DNA of 64,000 bases from Perna viridis (GCA_037379345.1 CM074524.1:22130750-22194749), one strand, 5' to 3'. Shown: positions 25,001 to 36,843, counted from the stretch's first letter. Numbers and translations are program-made. Notes: generated by a model from the letters alone, not told the origin.

Positions 25001-25373
25001 CTAACATTCTCCATTACAGTGATTTCTCCATGTAAGTTTTCTGAAATTTGGAAATAAATAAGTTTTAAGACAATTCGTTTATCAAAACTGTTTTTTATCT
25101 TATTTTGCAGGGACAGAACCAACCATTGCAAAGTGTATACGAGACTTTGTTACTGAACATCCAGATTACAAACAGGATTCTGTAGTGTCAGAGATTATAA
25201 ACTATGATTTACTTAAACTAATTGAAGAAAAAACGGAAAAAGGTGAAACTCTTTCATCGGGAAATTTTTCGTCAAAGACTAACGACGATATTCCAAAGGC
25301 TTTATCAAAAACCGAAAAATTTTTAAATGGAAAGAAACCTCAGAGAAATTCTGTCACCGAACTGCATACGTAG
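915..25373 (+). CDS. GCLC: Glutamate-cysteine ligase catalytic subunit, 15 coding exons in window (5'-partial; 610 aa in window)
   Basis: Exons 915-1024, 7077-7196, 9409-9474, 11045-11158, 12006-12064, 12679-12896, 13829-13945, 15022-15160, 15563-15675, 16370-16462, 18333-18437, 20185-20266, 21291-21406, 24220-24337, 25111-25373. All are GT-AG and phase-consistent, totalling 1833 nt to TAG. Hallmark motifs: VEYM, WRPEY, HPRF, HIYMDxMGFGMG, [57 protein letters not shown]. Confidence 0.97.
1172..2971. mobile_element. Non-autonomous composite-like DNA transposon with long terminal direct repeats (KolobokP-like)
   Basis: 467-bp direct repeats at 1172-1638 and 2505-2971 (3 mismatches seen). Each repeat has imperfect inverted ends GGCTAAAAACCACTAATTC / GAATTGGTGGTCTGTAACC. 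Outer flanks are TATA...TATA; inner flanks are TAAA and TTAA. The 866-bp spacer has no credible ORF. Confidence 0.8.
3737..4587 (+). mobile_element. Helentron-associated/pearl-like element carrying ~4.3 internal tandem repeats of ~160 bp
   Basis: CTGT-type microsatellite near the 5' end; units start near 3818, 3976, 4138, 4298 and 4445 (GGCTGTAACTTTT...TGACCTTGAAC); 3' palindrome GAGATGGATTCCATCTC followed by CTAGTT. Confidence 0.7.
7077..7196 (+). CDS. GCLC: GCLC exon 2 ([25 protein letters not shown]...)
   Basis: ttacag|G...TTAAG|gtgagg. Confidence 0.96.
7911..8115. mobile_element. TA-flanked MITE (Tc1/mariner-type)
   Basis: TA-TTGTGAAAGTA...TACTTTCACAG-TA terminal inverted repeats. Confidence 0.7.
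9409..9474 (+). CDS. GCLC: GCLC exon 3 ([22 protein letters not shown])
   Basis: tttatag|A...CCCAG|gtatgt. Confidence 0.92.
10303..10415. repeat. ~41-bp tandem repeat x3 (GACCACCATGATAAACATGTGTGATGATTTTCATATGTT)
   Basis: Visible tandem units. Confidence 0.7.
11045..11158 (+). CDS. GCLC: GCLC exon 4 (LGVGSFTIP...[11 protein letters not shown]...HPRF)
   Basis: ttttag|A...TTTAG|gtaata. Confidence 0.95.
12006..12064 (+). CDS. GCLC: GCLC exon 5 ([19 protein letters not shown])
   Basis: tttcag|G...CCTG|gtaggt. Confidence 0.94.
12679..12896 (+). CDS. GCLC: GCLC exon 6 (FKDVNT...[23 protein letters not shown]...[12 protein letters not shown])
   Basis: tttatag|TT...ATAATG|gtatat. Confidence 0.96.
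13829..13945 (+). CDS. GCLC: GCLC exon 7 ([16 protein letters not shown]...SVDDRT)
   Basis: tttgtag|CTT...AAGAAA|gtaggt. Confidence 0.96.
15022..15160 (+). CDS. GCLC: GCLC exon 8 ([21 protein letters not shown]...)
   Basis: ttatag|GAA...GGGAG|gtaaga. Confidence 0.95.
15470..15577 (+). repeat. 54-bp tandem duplication spanning the exon 9 splice acceptor
   Basis: AATGCTGTAATTATCTTTC(C/T)TCAGGTGTTGATGAAATGC occurs twice, 54 nt apart. Confidence 0.92.
15563..15675 (+). CDS. GCLC: GCLC exon 9 ([17 protein letters not shown]...DHFE); alternative in-frame acceptor would start it at 15509
   Basis: tcttcag|GT...TTTGAA|gtaagt. Confidence 0.93.
16370..16462 (+). CDS. GCLC: GCLC exon 10 ([31 protein letters not shown])
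   Basis: tttgtag|AAT...ATGGAA|gtaagt. Confidence 0.96.
16416..17145 (+). repeat. 7-copy tandem array of the GCLC exon 10 3' half plus splice donor
   Basis: Copies start at 16416, 16487, 16558, 16676, 16794, 16912 and 17030 (periods 71, 71, 118, 118, 118, 118). Confidence 0.95.
17778..18232. mobile_element. Mutator/MULE-type MITE
   Basis: ~63-bp TIRs (CATCCTCCCAAGTCAGGGTTTTGAGT...) and a perfect 9-bp TSD TCTTGTTGC at 17769-17777 and 18233-18241. Confidence 0.88.
18333..18437 (+). CDS. GCLC: GCLC exon 11 ([25 protein letters not shown]...IPISK)
   Basis: ttttaag|GTG...TCGAAG|gttagt. Confidence 0.95.
18551..18741. mobile_element. Short degenerate MITE
   Basis: Imperfect inverted ends TAGGGCTATTCCA...TGGAAAGCTCTTA. 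Confidence 0.5.
20185..20266 (+). CDS. GCLC: GCLC exon 12 ([14 protein letters not shown]...FYFRK)
   Basis: ttgtag|GTG...ACAG|gtttgt. Confidence 0.94.
21291..21406 (+). CDS. GCLC: GCLC exon 13 (CSPSSIVQC...[14 protein letters not shown])
   Basis: ttttcag|AA...GGCAGT|gtaagt; the EYxLMSxxxIxNG motif is conserved in GCLC. Confidence 0.9.
22351..22595 (+). mobile_element. Penelope-like element 3' tail/pLTR copy
   Basis: Matches the tail of the RT-bearing copy at 52525-52763. Confidence 0.85.
23505..24160 (+). mobile_element. Helentron-associated non-autonomous element (HINE/DINE-1-like)
   Basis: 5' TTTTAGCTCACCTGGC, degenerate CGT microsatellite, subterminal inverted CAGGTGAGC, 3' hairpin followed by CTAGTTT. 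Confidence 0.8.
24220..24337 (+). CDS. GCLC: GCLC exon 14 ([23 protein letters not shown]...RASG)
   Basis: tttcag|GAT...TTCAG|gtatgt. Confidence 0.95.
25111..25373 (+). CDS. GCLC: GCLC terminal coding exon ([25 protein letters not shown]...TELHT*)
   Basis: tttgcag|GG...ACG TAG. Confidence 0.93.
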
Positions 25374-27295
25374 TGTTTTAGTATATTGTGTTTATTATAA
25401 TGTCTTTTAATTTAGTAGTTAAACAAAAGGCTCTTATCATATTCTACAGGGTAAGGAGGAATTCTAACACTGAACTACAAGCATACAATTTTAATATATG
25501 GAGTTCATTATTGATTATTACAGTACATAATTATGATGTTGTATTGACATTGAATGTGCATGTACATTTTCTACTAAGTAAATGTTGATTGTTTATCAAT
25601 TCATAGATGCCAAACTTTACAATTTGTCTATAATTTTTTAAAGAATTTTGGATTGAAAATACAGTGTTATGGTCAACAGTCAAATATTTACAAGACTCCT
25701 TTCCCTCCATTTCAAGCTGTCCCTGGTTTAGAAAAACATTGAAATCAGTGCAATGGGGATTCTGATCATGCAGTACTTTCATTTCATGAATGTTATCAGT
25801 TTGGGTTTAGATAAATATTATTTTTTCTGAATCGTGAAAGTAACACGTTTTCATGTCAGACAAAGTTGAGATTTTGATTTCAGTTTTAATGATGATTACT
25901 GACAAAAGTGCCAAGTTACAGAGAACTTACATGTTATTTACTGATAATATCAAAAAGTGGGAGGTATCTATGTTGATCATTTACATCAAGTAAAACAGTT
26001 GACTTCAGGGGATAGTGGTCTTTGCTTGTTTAAAAGATAATCACTGGATGAATTTTCTTCAGTAGTTAACTGCAACATTGACTAGAAGTTTTAAACTTGG
26101 CATCAGACATATATTTAAATACCTATGGAATTATAGAAAGTTTAAATCTCCATGTCAATTGTCCAGTTAAATACTTTAGCCATTCCATGAGGTAATGTCC
26201 TTTCATTCATGAGAAGACCAAATTTATCCCCTGAAGTTGAATATAACTTGCTGTTATGCTTGGTTGAAATATTTATTTTAAGCATCTGTTTGTTTGTACT
26301 TTTGTTAAAGTAATGATAATGTTATTGAAGCTTTTTGTATGAGTCAGAAGTCACATCCAGCATAATGTTTTAATTATTAATTATGACTGTCAGGGTTTCC
26401 TGTGGGTTGAAAATATTTTGGTCTAACACTAAAGCCAAATATAATATTTTGAGCCAAAAGCATTTTTGACTATCATTCATATGGTAGTGTATTTTTTCTT
26501 GCCATCCGTGAGTTTTGAAACAGCCAACACATGTCTTAACATCATTATTTTAAGGAGGCTTATAATTTTATTAACTGCAACATTAAAACATTCACATTAA
26601 TTTTATATTGTAAATGATTAACAATTGACCTGTGAAGTAACAGAATTTCTGAGATCAAGGATTGTAATCATTGCTAAAAGGCATTTTATTGCAGTAAATT
26701 GGTTGGTTTTCTTTGAATAGGTTAATATATAAACACACTTCCAATTCTGATATTGGATAACTTGATACATGTCCCTTGACTTTTGTTGACAAAGACAAAT
26801 TTTATCATCAAACTAATACATTTTTTTTCAAACTTGCAAATTGTGCACACCAGCAAAAACCCTGATGAGAATTTATATTTCTCTTTTTGCAATCTGATTG
26901 GAAAATGTGTAAATAGATATATATTTTGAAACAAAAATTACTATACCTTTATGTTAATTTTTCAAAGTTGTGGCCTGTAATTAATAACTATAGTAGCAGG
27001 TGACATTGCAGATTGGTCTCTCCAAATTCCCTGACAGTATTTGAATCAGAAATTTTGTAACAACCAATTACATTGTGTAAAGTTATTCACTTTTCCAAAC
27101 ATTACAATAATTTTGAATCTGCTTTTTGAAGGGCTAGCATCCTTCATCAGGTCTTGTTCACTAGGATTCTGATGTATAAAATAATATCATGCTTTCATGA
27201 CAAAAGAAGGATCAAGACAATATATTCTGTTTACGTGTTGTTGAATTTGGTATCACATGACCAATCTCTTCAATTACTACTTGTTGCTACCTTAT

Positions 27296-27572
27296 GGTGG
27301 TACACAACTTCTAAGGGAAATAACTCTGTAAAAATCAGCAAAACTTTTTATTTTGTGACACTCTAATATAGAACTTAAAGCATTTTAGAGATCAAAAGTT
27401 TTGTTGATGGAACTATTATATTTTCTTCGAAATTTTTCCAGTTAAACACTTAGTTAAAATTTATTGACATTTTTATATTTTGCTTCTTTTATCAAAGTAA
27501 AACACTGAATTAAAATTTCAAGAAATTTAAATGAGCCAAATAAATTTAATTTATTAGATGATAGGTACCTCC
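27296..27572. mobile_element. TTAA-type MITE (Kolobok-like), degenerate
   Basis: TTAT-GGTGGTAC...GTACCTCC-TTAA ends. Confidence 0.55.
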
Positions 27573-29519
27573 TTAACATAATAAAGTATTCTGGTTATGT
27601 TGTTTGCTAATCGCCTTTTTCAAGCATACATTTGGTTTATATCATATTCTATGGATTCCATTCACGTATAAGAAAAATATGAAAATTTACATGTAATCTC
27701 ACAGCACTTGTATATTTAGCCGATTTAACATTTTTTTAATGGAGGCACTTACTTACTTCCAGTGCTTGTTATTAACCACCAAAAATACTGACAGTCAATT
27801 GGTTAATGGGAATACTGCTAAATACTTTCAATATTCTAAGTCAGAAAGAAGACAATAATTGGAGTTTTTATTCGGATAGATCAGTTAAAAGTTAACTAAA
27901 AGCTCCATTCAGATATGTGTAAATGAGCAATTATTACGTAATTGTCTTATTTACTTGATTGGTAGGTCATTCCAGGTCACCACTTTTATATGTTTTGGTA
28001 GACAATGTCCATATATAGTAAGATGCTTGATCTGTTTAAGATGTGTTATTTTTCTAAGGGCTCAAGATTTACTATAGTAAAAAGAGGAAAGTTTGCTAAA
28101 AGGCCAGTAGTTATACTAGTACAATGTAATAGAATTTTTATAGGAAAACTGGATGGTATGTTAACTTTATGACTTAAGGTCACCCATTCCAATTAAGTAT
28201 ATCTAGAGTTCATTGCTGTTAATTAATCTGTCTGTGTAATCAGTGATAATGATTAATAAGACAATTTACTGTGAATTCAGAAATTATCGCTAAATATGGG
28301 ACTGATCATAGATCGCAATAATAAAAACTCGCCTTATGGAACCATGAATGATCCTGATAATTGTCTTTGCAGATTATCATCAGAACTCAACTTGTTACTT
28401 CGCAAGCATTTGTGTATCAAAATAAACACATCGAATGAGTAAAAAGAACTAACGCTTTAACCTGAGTGGACAGATTTCAACTATCAGTCGTTTTGCCTTA
28501 CTTTTGCCATTTTTCAATACAGAAGGTCAATTCGATTTGTCCTGCCTTTATTAGTTTGCGAAACATGTAAACAAAATGCAGACAACATTAAATGTCTTTG
28601 GCAGACTTTTGTATCATGCCTGTCTCATTTATTAAAGTAGATGTTATTGCCTAATTCAGTTAAAAAGATAAAACCAGTTTAACTATTTATTCGATTGAGA
28701 CTAACAACACATAATACAAACTAAGAGTTTTTTTGGTATAAAGATCTGACCTTACCAAACACTAATGAATGTGGCACTGCTATCGATCAAACCTCTCTCC
28801 TGCATGAATGTATAATTGCTTTTTCAAAGCTATACACCTCAGCCACACGAAGTATTAGAAAAAGTAACTACCCTTATTTGATAAAAGTACAGTGGCAGGG
28901 GACTTGCTGCCGGGAAAGGGGTGGATGGACAGAAAAATCATAAACTGATAACTGAATAAAATATACAGGATCGCAAAACATAATAAGATACAAAATGAGA
29001 ATTTATGATATAATTACTGTAAGTGGCGTATCTTCACTCGTTATCCTCATCAAATATGTCTTGAGAAGTCTTAAGATGTTGAAGCTCCTCACACATTCGC
29101 AGTTTGTAACAGGGAATATAGGTCTAATCTTAAGGATAGTCTTAATAAAAGGGGAAAAAAGACGAATCTCATTTGCTTAATGCATCCTGTATTCATGTTG
29201 GCTTCACTGTCATACATGTGTCAGATCTCATTTTGATGAATTTTTAAGATCTAGAGCACTGTTTGATGGTATAACATCATTAAAATATGAGAAACCAAGT
29301 GTTACTTTTGATTGTGATAATAATCGTACAAGCATCAGTCCTATCAGAGGTCTTTCGAGATGAGAAAAATAGTGAGCGTTTGATACAAATGTGTCATTGA
29401 ATTGTGGTGAACAGAAAAGTTCAGAATAACGGGCTAACCAACTGTTTAGAAAAAAATATATTTCTTCAACAAACTTTTGAGGAGGAGAATTTGATTGTAT
29501 CGTCTAGTTGGTAAACATT

Positions 29520-29820
29520 TTTTAGCTCACCTGGCCAAAAGGCCGTCTGAGCTATTGCCATCACTTTGTGTCCAGTTATGACGAGAACAAAAGTGTTTAG
29601 TATAAGATCAATCTGTGGTCAAATTTTCGGTATTCAGCCAACATCTTGAAAACTATGATAGATAGAATGAAACTTTTCATTTATGAAATTATCCTTATAA
29701 TAAATCCTACCAGAGTTTTCTTTGAGTCAAAATTGTCGGAAAACTCCTTGGAAGAGTTATTGCCCTTTAAAGGCAAAATTTTAAGCAGGTGAGCGATTCA
29801 TGCTCCTGAGACTCTTGTTT
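29520..29820 (+). mobile_element. HINE-like element, internally deleted
   Basis: TTTTAGCTCACCTGGCC...CAGGTGAGCGATTCA...CTCTTGTTT; same family as 23505 and 36262. Confidence 0.78.
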
Positions 29821-30169
29821 TTATATTATCGTACTTTTCAATATCACCAAGCCTTTCCAAATGGTAATCTTGAAATGTCAACCTATTCTGACTATTAACT
29901 TTTCTAGTGAATATTAGGAATTTCAGCAGAATGGGACATAAGATAGAAAAAATCGTTTTCAAATTGACTGGGATTCACGACAATAATATATTTAATACAT
30001 AATACACATTTTGTTTATAACGTGCAATTAACTTTAACCCATGTTCTTCGTTGTGGAAAAGTTTCACATTTAAGTTCCTTGTAATATTGTATAAATCATG
30101 TGACTATTATATCAATCGAACCTCGTCTAAGATCCACGTTTTTTGTGCAGGTTCGATTACTAAACCGGT

Positions 30170-30355
30170 CCAACTGGTCCATGCTCCCAGTTTTTAGTGG
30201 AGTCCGAGTTGCTCATTTACTTTTGTTACTTTGTATGTATGATTTTAGTTGCTTTATGTTCTTTGTTGTGTGTGTCTGTTTTCCATGTCTGGTCTTTGTC
30301 CCTGGATTATATTCTTTTGATTACCGCTATAACCTTGGTTCCCTTGATTACTCTT
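30170..30355 (+). mobile_element. Penelope-like 3' tail copy
   Basis: Near-identical to 52580-52763. Confidence 0.85.
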
Positions 30356-31174
30356 GCTTTTGTTTCTTTGTTTCAACATATAAGGTAAGACATCAATATA
30401 GCTGAAACTGTGATAAATATATCTAACTAAATTTAACTTGATGCTTCTTCAACTTCCTTTGTTTTTTAATAAGATCAGCTATAAAGTCAGCCTCATAAGA
30501 GTAAAGGAAAAGGCGAATAGAGCACAATTTGGAATTCCGACCATTTATCAAAAATAATTAAAAAACAACAACAAAAAATATTGATTAAATAGTTGTTAAA
30601 ATTTACAATTACAGTAGTTTTATATCTTTTTCATTTTTGATGTTTATAACCATGTATGAATATCTCTGTCAAAAGACTACGCATGTTGACCCAGTTAAAA
30701 AAAAATTGACTCTGGACCGAGAAGTCATTGACTTAGACATTTACCTTAGAAATGAAAGTTTACTTTCCCCTGACCTCTGATCACCCCACCATTTTTTTGC
30801 GATTAAACTTGCGAATACTGAAATTGATGTTGAAATGGGACCGCGATCCAACTAAAATTTTCCTCATTTGATTCCTTCCTATAAATGTTTTAAGATTTGT
30901 TAGAACTACAAAACATATTGTATTGGAAATAAAAAAAAACACTGTAGAACTCGTTAAAACTTCCTCAAAATTGATAAGAAAAAAAGCAATGGGATTACCT
31001 TTAAAATGTTACATGTATTTTCAGTTGCTTTCTACTTCCTATGAGCGATCTAAAAAAAAAACTAACAATGTCTTAGTTTATGGTTTTATGTGCACCGTCA
31101 TATTTAATCAAATATACACGTGTAGAACTTCCGATTATTTTTATACTTCATATTGACGTCTATGGTCACATCTT

Positions 31175-31265
31175 GATATGTGTATTTCTATTTTCCATGT
31201 CAGGTCTTTGTCCCTGGATTACATTATTTTGATTACCGATATATCCTTTATTCCCTTGATTATTC
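31175..31265 (+). mobile_element. Penelope-like 3' tail fragment
   Basis: TTTTCCATGTCAGGTCTTTGTCCCTGGATTACA...CCCTTGATTA. Confidence 0.7.
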
Positions 31266-31617
31266 ATTCTAATTAATTTAGGAAATGACAGTCGTTGGAC
31301 CGGACTGAAGAGAACAAAAGAAACCTTTTTTTTATGAAACGGAGAAAAAGAAAACAAGTCCGTTTTCAAAATTTTAGGGAGTGATATAAGCTATTTTTAG
31401 ATTAGAATTTTACATTTGTTTAATGTGACAAACATGGGATATTTGACATAATATCTTTAAATGCACTAAAATCAAAATTACATTTCAAACAAAAGATAGT
31501 AAACAGTGTGTGACGCCGTATGAGTGGTCCCCATAGTTCATGCTACAATTTTTTGCCCGATTAATGATAATTGCGAAAACAAGTACGAATCATCGTATAA
31601 ATTCCACGTCATTGAAT

Positions 31618-31819
31618 GAGGAAGACCTAAAGTAAGGGACATAACTCTTGAAGTCAGTTATATGTTTGTATCATATTCAATTTCACCAAAGCCTTTCAAC
31701 CTTTCCTTTGAAACAGAATGAAATCAGACCAAGTTACTTTGATGTTTACACGAGATTGATGTAAAATGGTGAATACAAACGTTCTATTGATCTGTGTCCC
31801 TTACCTAAGTTCTACCTCC
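31618..31819. mobile_element. TTAA MITE (Kolobok-like), same family as 37226-37436
   Basis: Colinear similarity; right end CTACCTCC-TTAA. Confidence 0.75.
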
Positions 31820-34504
31820 TTAAAGCTATTTTCAATGTGGTGCACTTCATTCGGGAATTTATTTATAAGTAGGTTGCAAAGTTTCCCTTTATTTAGATAT
31901 AATGACGAACATAAGTAATATCACGTGATGATCAAATGTATAAATATTTCTGTGAATGCTAAGTATGGTCTATTTTTGATTAAGATATACTTAGTAATAT
32001 AAAAAAAATCTTGTTTTTGTCTGATGATATATTTATGCATTGGTCCCTGACCTGTGCGTACTTTGCTTTACTCTTATAGCTTAAAGCTGCTTAAGCTGTC
32101 ATTTTCCTAACTTTCTGTTTCTGTTGAAATATACCTTAACTTTGAATTATTTCTACTAAATTGTATTTTTCCCGTATAATTTCATGTGATACTGTGATAC
32201 CCACAAATAAAATGCATTAAATACATGAAAAAAGTGTCGATACTTATATTGTCTTGCAGAACAAAAAGTCGACCTAGTTAAAACTCGTATGCGTTAACTT
32301 CTGGCGACCTTAATCCGTGCATGTGCTCAAAGGATCGATTCTTTGAAAGATAAATTTGATTGCAAAGTGAGAATGATTAATCAACGTCAAGGAAGACTCG
32401 TTTCTTTGACGGACTCACGCCATTGAAGGAAAAAGTTCGAATATAACGGAAGGATCCTTTTGATATTTACGTATAGTGATATAATACGGCACAAATGTGG
32501 TCAGTAATTGCCATTATTTATTTGCGAACTTATCAAGAAATAAATGAAACGAAATGAAAACCAGACATGTACTTACCTGTGTATCCGTTATTGCTATTTT
32601 AACCAATGTTATATATTTTCAGCATGAGTGAATTGTTGTCTCTTTGGCATATTTACCGATTCCACACTTGTTATATTCGGCTGATCTTCATGGATCTCTC
32701 TATTTGACTGAGAAGAACAAATAGAACATTTGCTGACTCAATACAAATTAAATCACACATATGACAAAGCAATTGTATCACGACTTGGGAAAAAGTTTTT
32801 CAGCGTAGTATGATCTTGAATGGCAACAAATTGTATAAAGTTCAGATCAAAACAGAAAATAATTTGACATTTGTAGTTAAACACAAGAAGTTTCTAATAA
32901 AACGCCATATTCTTTTCATTAAAAAGCCCTGCACATTCAACATTTATAACAGTACATTTACATTTCCTTAAACCTAACAACCAACCAACCAAACAAACAA
33001 AAATGCAGAAAAAAAGATGTAGAGATCAAATGTTCTAAAGCTCTGCAACAGTGGCATGACAGGGCAAAATGGTATACCCACAAACTGAGAACTGATGAAT
33101 TAATTGGCATGTGATTGTTTATAAGAGCTAACTAGCATTTATTTTAAATTTATGGAGCATTTTAAAATGGTTGAAATTCCCCTCAATGTTATTTTTTTCC
33201 TTCGTTGTTTTTGATTACTCAATGAAATCAAGTATATAATATAAACCAAAAGTCATGCACAGGCAATAGTTTTTTTTTATAACTATAGATAAATTTGCAC
33301 TTGATTAGTCCATTATAAAAAAGGTATATATGGTTCAAGACAGACAAGCAGACAGACAGACTGAGAACAATCCTTTAATTCGTTTAACTCTGACGTCAAG
33401 GACCTCAGTTTCGAAACAACAAGTTTGTCTTTTAAATGGCATGGTAAGTGCATAAACAAATACAATGTACGGTGTGTCACCCTTGACCTTAAAAACTTAT
33501 AATGTTGATTAGACTACATTAATTTATCTTTTTTGATAGTTTTTAAAATCTGAAAACATGAAAAAGGACCAGAATTTCTTAACGGGGAAAGAAATAGCAG
33601 TATTCATCGAAATCAGGCCTAATGCTGAATGTGAGAATATGTTATTTACCAACTTGAACAATAAAAATTATGTGGATATATTTTAATTTTTGTTCAAAAG
33701 AGATAGAAAGGAAATTGATGTTTTTTTTCATAGTTGATAAAAAATCCAAAATTTTACTTGGTTTTCTCAGACAGAGCTTCTTAAATTTTCACATTTACTT
33801 ACAAATGGTTAAATAAAATTTATGACGTAAAACAATTAGTTGTATGTAGGATTTGTATGGTTTATCATTTAGCAATTGATATCATAGGCGTAACTTTCAG
33901 ATGTGTATTTCTGTAACCTCCATTTCGAGACAGAACAAATATAGAAATCCACATAAATAAAATCTCATTGGTAGACTCGACTGTCCCAAATAAATATGTT
34001 TAAAATTGTCTTAACCTGTTTAGTTCAGACCCAAATGTATTGCCAAGATCACATATATCGCTAGCTTAGTTTTAGGAAAGACATGGAATGCATGGTATTT
34101 TGGATACTTTTTTTCTCATTTTTTATATGGTTCAATATAAATACATATTACGAAGTCTAATATCCTGTTGTGCGACATCGACCCCAACAGTCAAAGAACT
34201 TTAATGAATAAATTGTCCTGTCTATTGTTAAACGAAGGTCTTCAGAAAAAAAAACTCATTAAAAGATTAAAATTGGGTTACACTGACCATTCATACGTTA
34301 TGCTAAAGATTGCCATAGATACGCAGACTTTTGTACCGCACTAGACCTCTTACGATTAGGCTTCTGGTACAGGGCTATGTTATTGCAAGTTTGAAGCTGT
34401 CAATATAGAGTTTTGTATGGCTGTCATCAAAAACTCGACTAAGTTACGGTTATGGTGTATCCATCGGCACCATGAGAACCAATTTGTTCAACATATCATA
34501 GTTT

Positions 34505-34717
34505 TCCTTTCTTTTTCGTCTACCATGGACTTGACTTTTCGTGAGGTAGACTTCGCCAAAGCTCCTGGTTAGTGGAGTCCGAGTTGCTCATTTTTGTTGA
34601 ATTGTACGTATTATTTTGATTATTTTATGTTCTTTGTTGTTCGTGTGTGTGTATTCCCTGGTCTTTTCCCCTGGATTGCATTCTTTTGATTTTCGCTTTG
34701 TTCCCTTGACTACCCTT
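34505..34717 (+). mobile_element. Diverged Penelope-like 3' end copy
   Basis: TCGTCTACCATGGACTTGACTTTT...AGTGGAGTCCGAGTTGCTCA...CCCTGGATT. Confidence 0.7.
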
Positions 34718-36261
34718 TAATGGTCAAGTAAGATAAGAAGGCATGTGTCTCTCTGCAACAAACATGGTCATCTCAGCACATATTATAGGTATTTCTTACA
34801 CAAGGACACTTTAACATCTTGCCATTAATTCTTGCTTACTTAGTTCCTCATTGGTTGATCTAGAGGTGGATAACTTTATGACTTCCTCAATAGTGTTGTT
34901 TTTTTAATGTACGTCCATATATAGTATATAATACAAAACAATTTCCTTAAACATGTTACATACACTTTGTTCGCAATCTACGTACTATATACGTTCGGTT
35001 TTTTTTTTTCAATAAAGAAAAAAATCGTTTACGTTTATGGTTCCATGCGCAAGCATATATTTGATCAACGTTGAATTTTGGTAAACTATCATAAATAGTT
35101 TTTATAAAGAAACTGGCACAAAATGTAAGTCTTGATTTCGAAAGTTATTCTGTTTGAATTTGCTATGTTTCAATGGCTCATCCAGAATGATACTTATTTT
35201 TTTGTATTTGATGTGCGAGTTTTGCTTGTACATATTATGAATGATTTTTTTAAGTTTAAATTTTTTTATGCCATTCTTCAAACTCATGATTTTGAACACT
35301 TTTATTGGAAACTAAGATGGTAATAGATTTTTAAATATCAACGGAAAATATATTGATTGAATATCATATTTATTCATAAACAAAACGGTAATTTGTTTTG
35401 TCATTTTGTATTAATTTGAGAAACAGCCAACGATTATTGATCGCTAGGAAACAAAAGGAATCTCCTTAAAAGTTGGATTCGAAAAAGAGTTGGAATGTAA
35501 AATTTATTTGTTTAAAGTTCTATAATATTCACAATATTTATTTATGTCGACAGATGACTATTTCATGACATTTACTCAATAAAAATGTCTTTTACAAATG
35601 GTACTTCAGTAACTGTACTGACAACTGAGACAAACGATTTCAGTTTTGTTGGTCAGCTTGGCCTTTCAAACTTTTACAATGATACGACTTACTGACAATA
35701 TTTTAACACCTATATAGATAAAATCATTTTACAGGTGGCAACTGAAAAATACACACAAAAGATAGGTTAAGAATTTTCCATAATTATTTAGTAACAATTT
35801 TAAAATGAAAATGAACTGTATGTAACTCGACTCTCTATTAAGTTGCACTTTTTTTGCACACAATTTAGTTGTTTCATTACATAACATTTACATTGCATGT
35901 CCCTATTCTTGTTTTTGTATACTTCATACAAATTTTTGTAAATATAAAATTGTGCGATTCACAATTTATTTATCTATTGTGCTTTCTACTCCATATTACA
36001 AAAATGGTTTTCGTATTTGGTCAAAGCAGTGTATATCATTAATGGGTGCGACACCATCAGCATTAATGTTCATCATACGTGTCACCTAGCGACATATTGA
36101 TATAAAAAGATAGACAAATGCCATTGAATACATTTGTATGCGTTGGAGGAACGATTCTTTGTTTATAATATAATAGGGTTAATGCATGAAAATTGGTGAA
36201 TATTGGCCCGAACAGATGTGCCCAAAAAAGTCATTCAAGTTCGACACAATGCTTAAAGTCC

Positions 36262-36843
36262 TTTTAGCTCACCTGGCTATTGCTATAACTTGGCGTCTGT
36301 CGTCGTCCGTCGTCGTCGTCGTTAACAATTTTTCAAAACTCTTCTCCTTTGACATTACTTGAACATTCAGTTGGAAACAAACTTGGTATCAATGATTCTT
36401 GGGGTATCTTGCATAGATCTAATATGGGGAATTTTGATCGGTAGAAAAACATGGCCACCTTTACTAAAAATAGAAGATAGGGGTTAAATAGTAGTTGTTC
36501 GCATATTTCTCCAAAACCGTTAGGTTTAGTAAAATTATTTCCAAAGCTGAAATGACCCACCCTTACTATAAGGCCTTTAAAAGACTCCAGGGATCAAAAT
36601 TGTCAGGTGACTCCTTGTAAGAGTTATTGCCTATGAAAGATGAAAAAATGACGGGTTTTTATTACAGTTTTCAGCCAATATCTTGAAAACTATAATATAT
36701 AGAAAGAAACTTTCTATTGTTGGAATGATCCTCATGATAGTCTTCTTGAGTCAAACTTGTTGGACAATTTCTTGTTAAATTTATTGTCCTTGATAGACAA
36801 ACTTAACCAAGTCAGCGATTCGGGCTACTGGGAGCCTCTTGTT
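36262..36843 (+). mobile_element. HINE-like element
   Basis: TTTTAGCTCACCTGGC, (CGT)n microsatellite, 3' hairpin GGCTACTGGGAGCC followed by TCTTGTT. Confidence 0.8.

Noticed and set aside
32577-32707. Minus-strand exon-like segment with good acceptor and donor
   Set aside because: No partner exons found, no recognisable coding content, and it overlaps a SINE-tail-like sequence; at most a lncRNA exon
35705-35770. TATA-like motif and short 5' UTR exon for the NIDO gene
   Set aside because: Such motifs are too common in AT-rich DNA to call without transcript data
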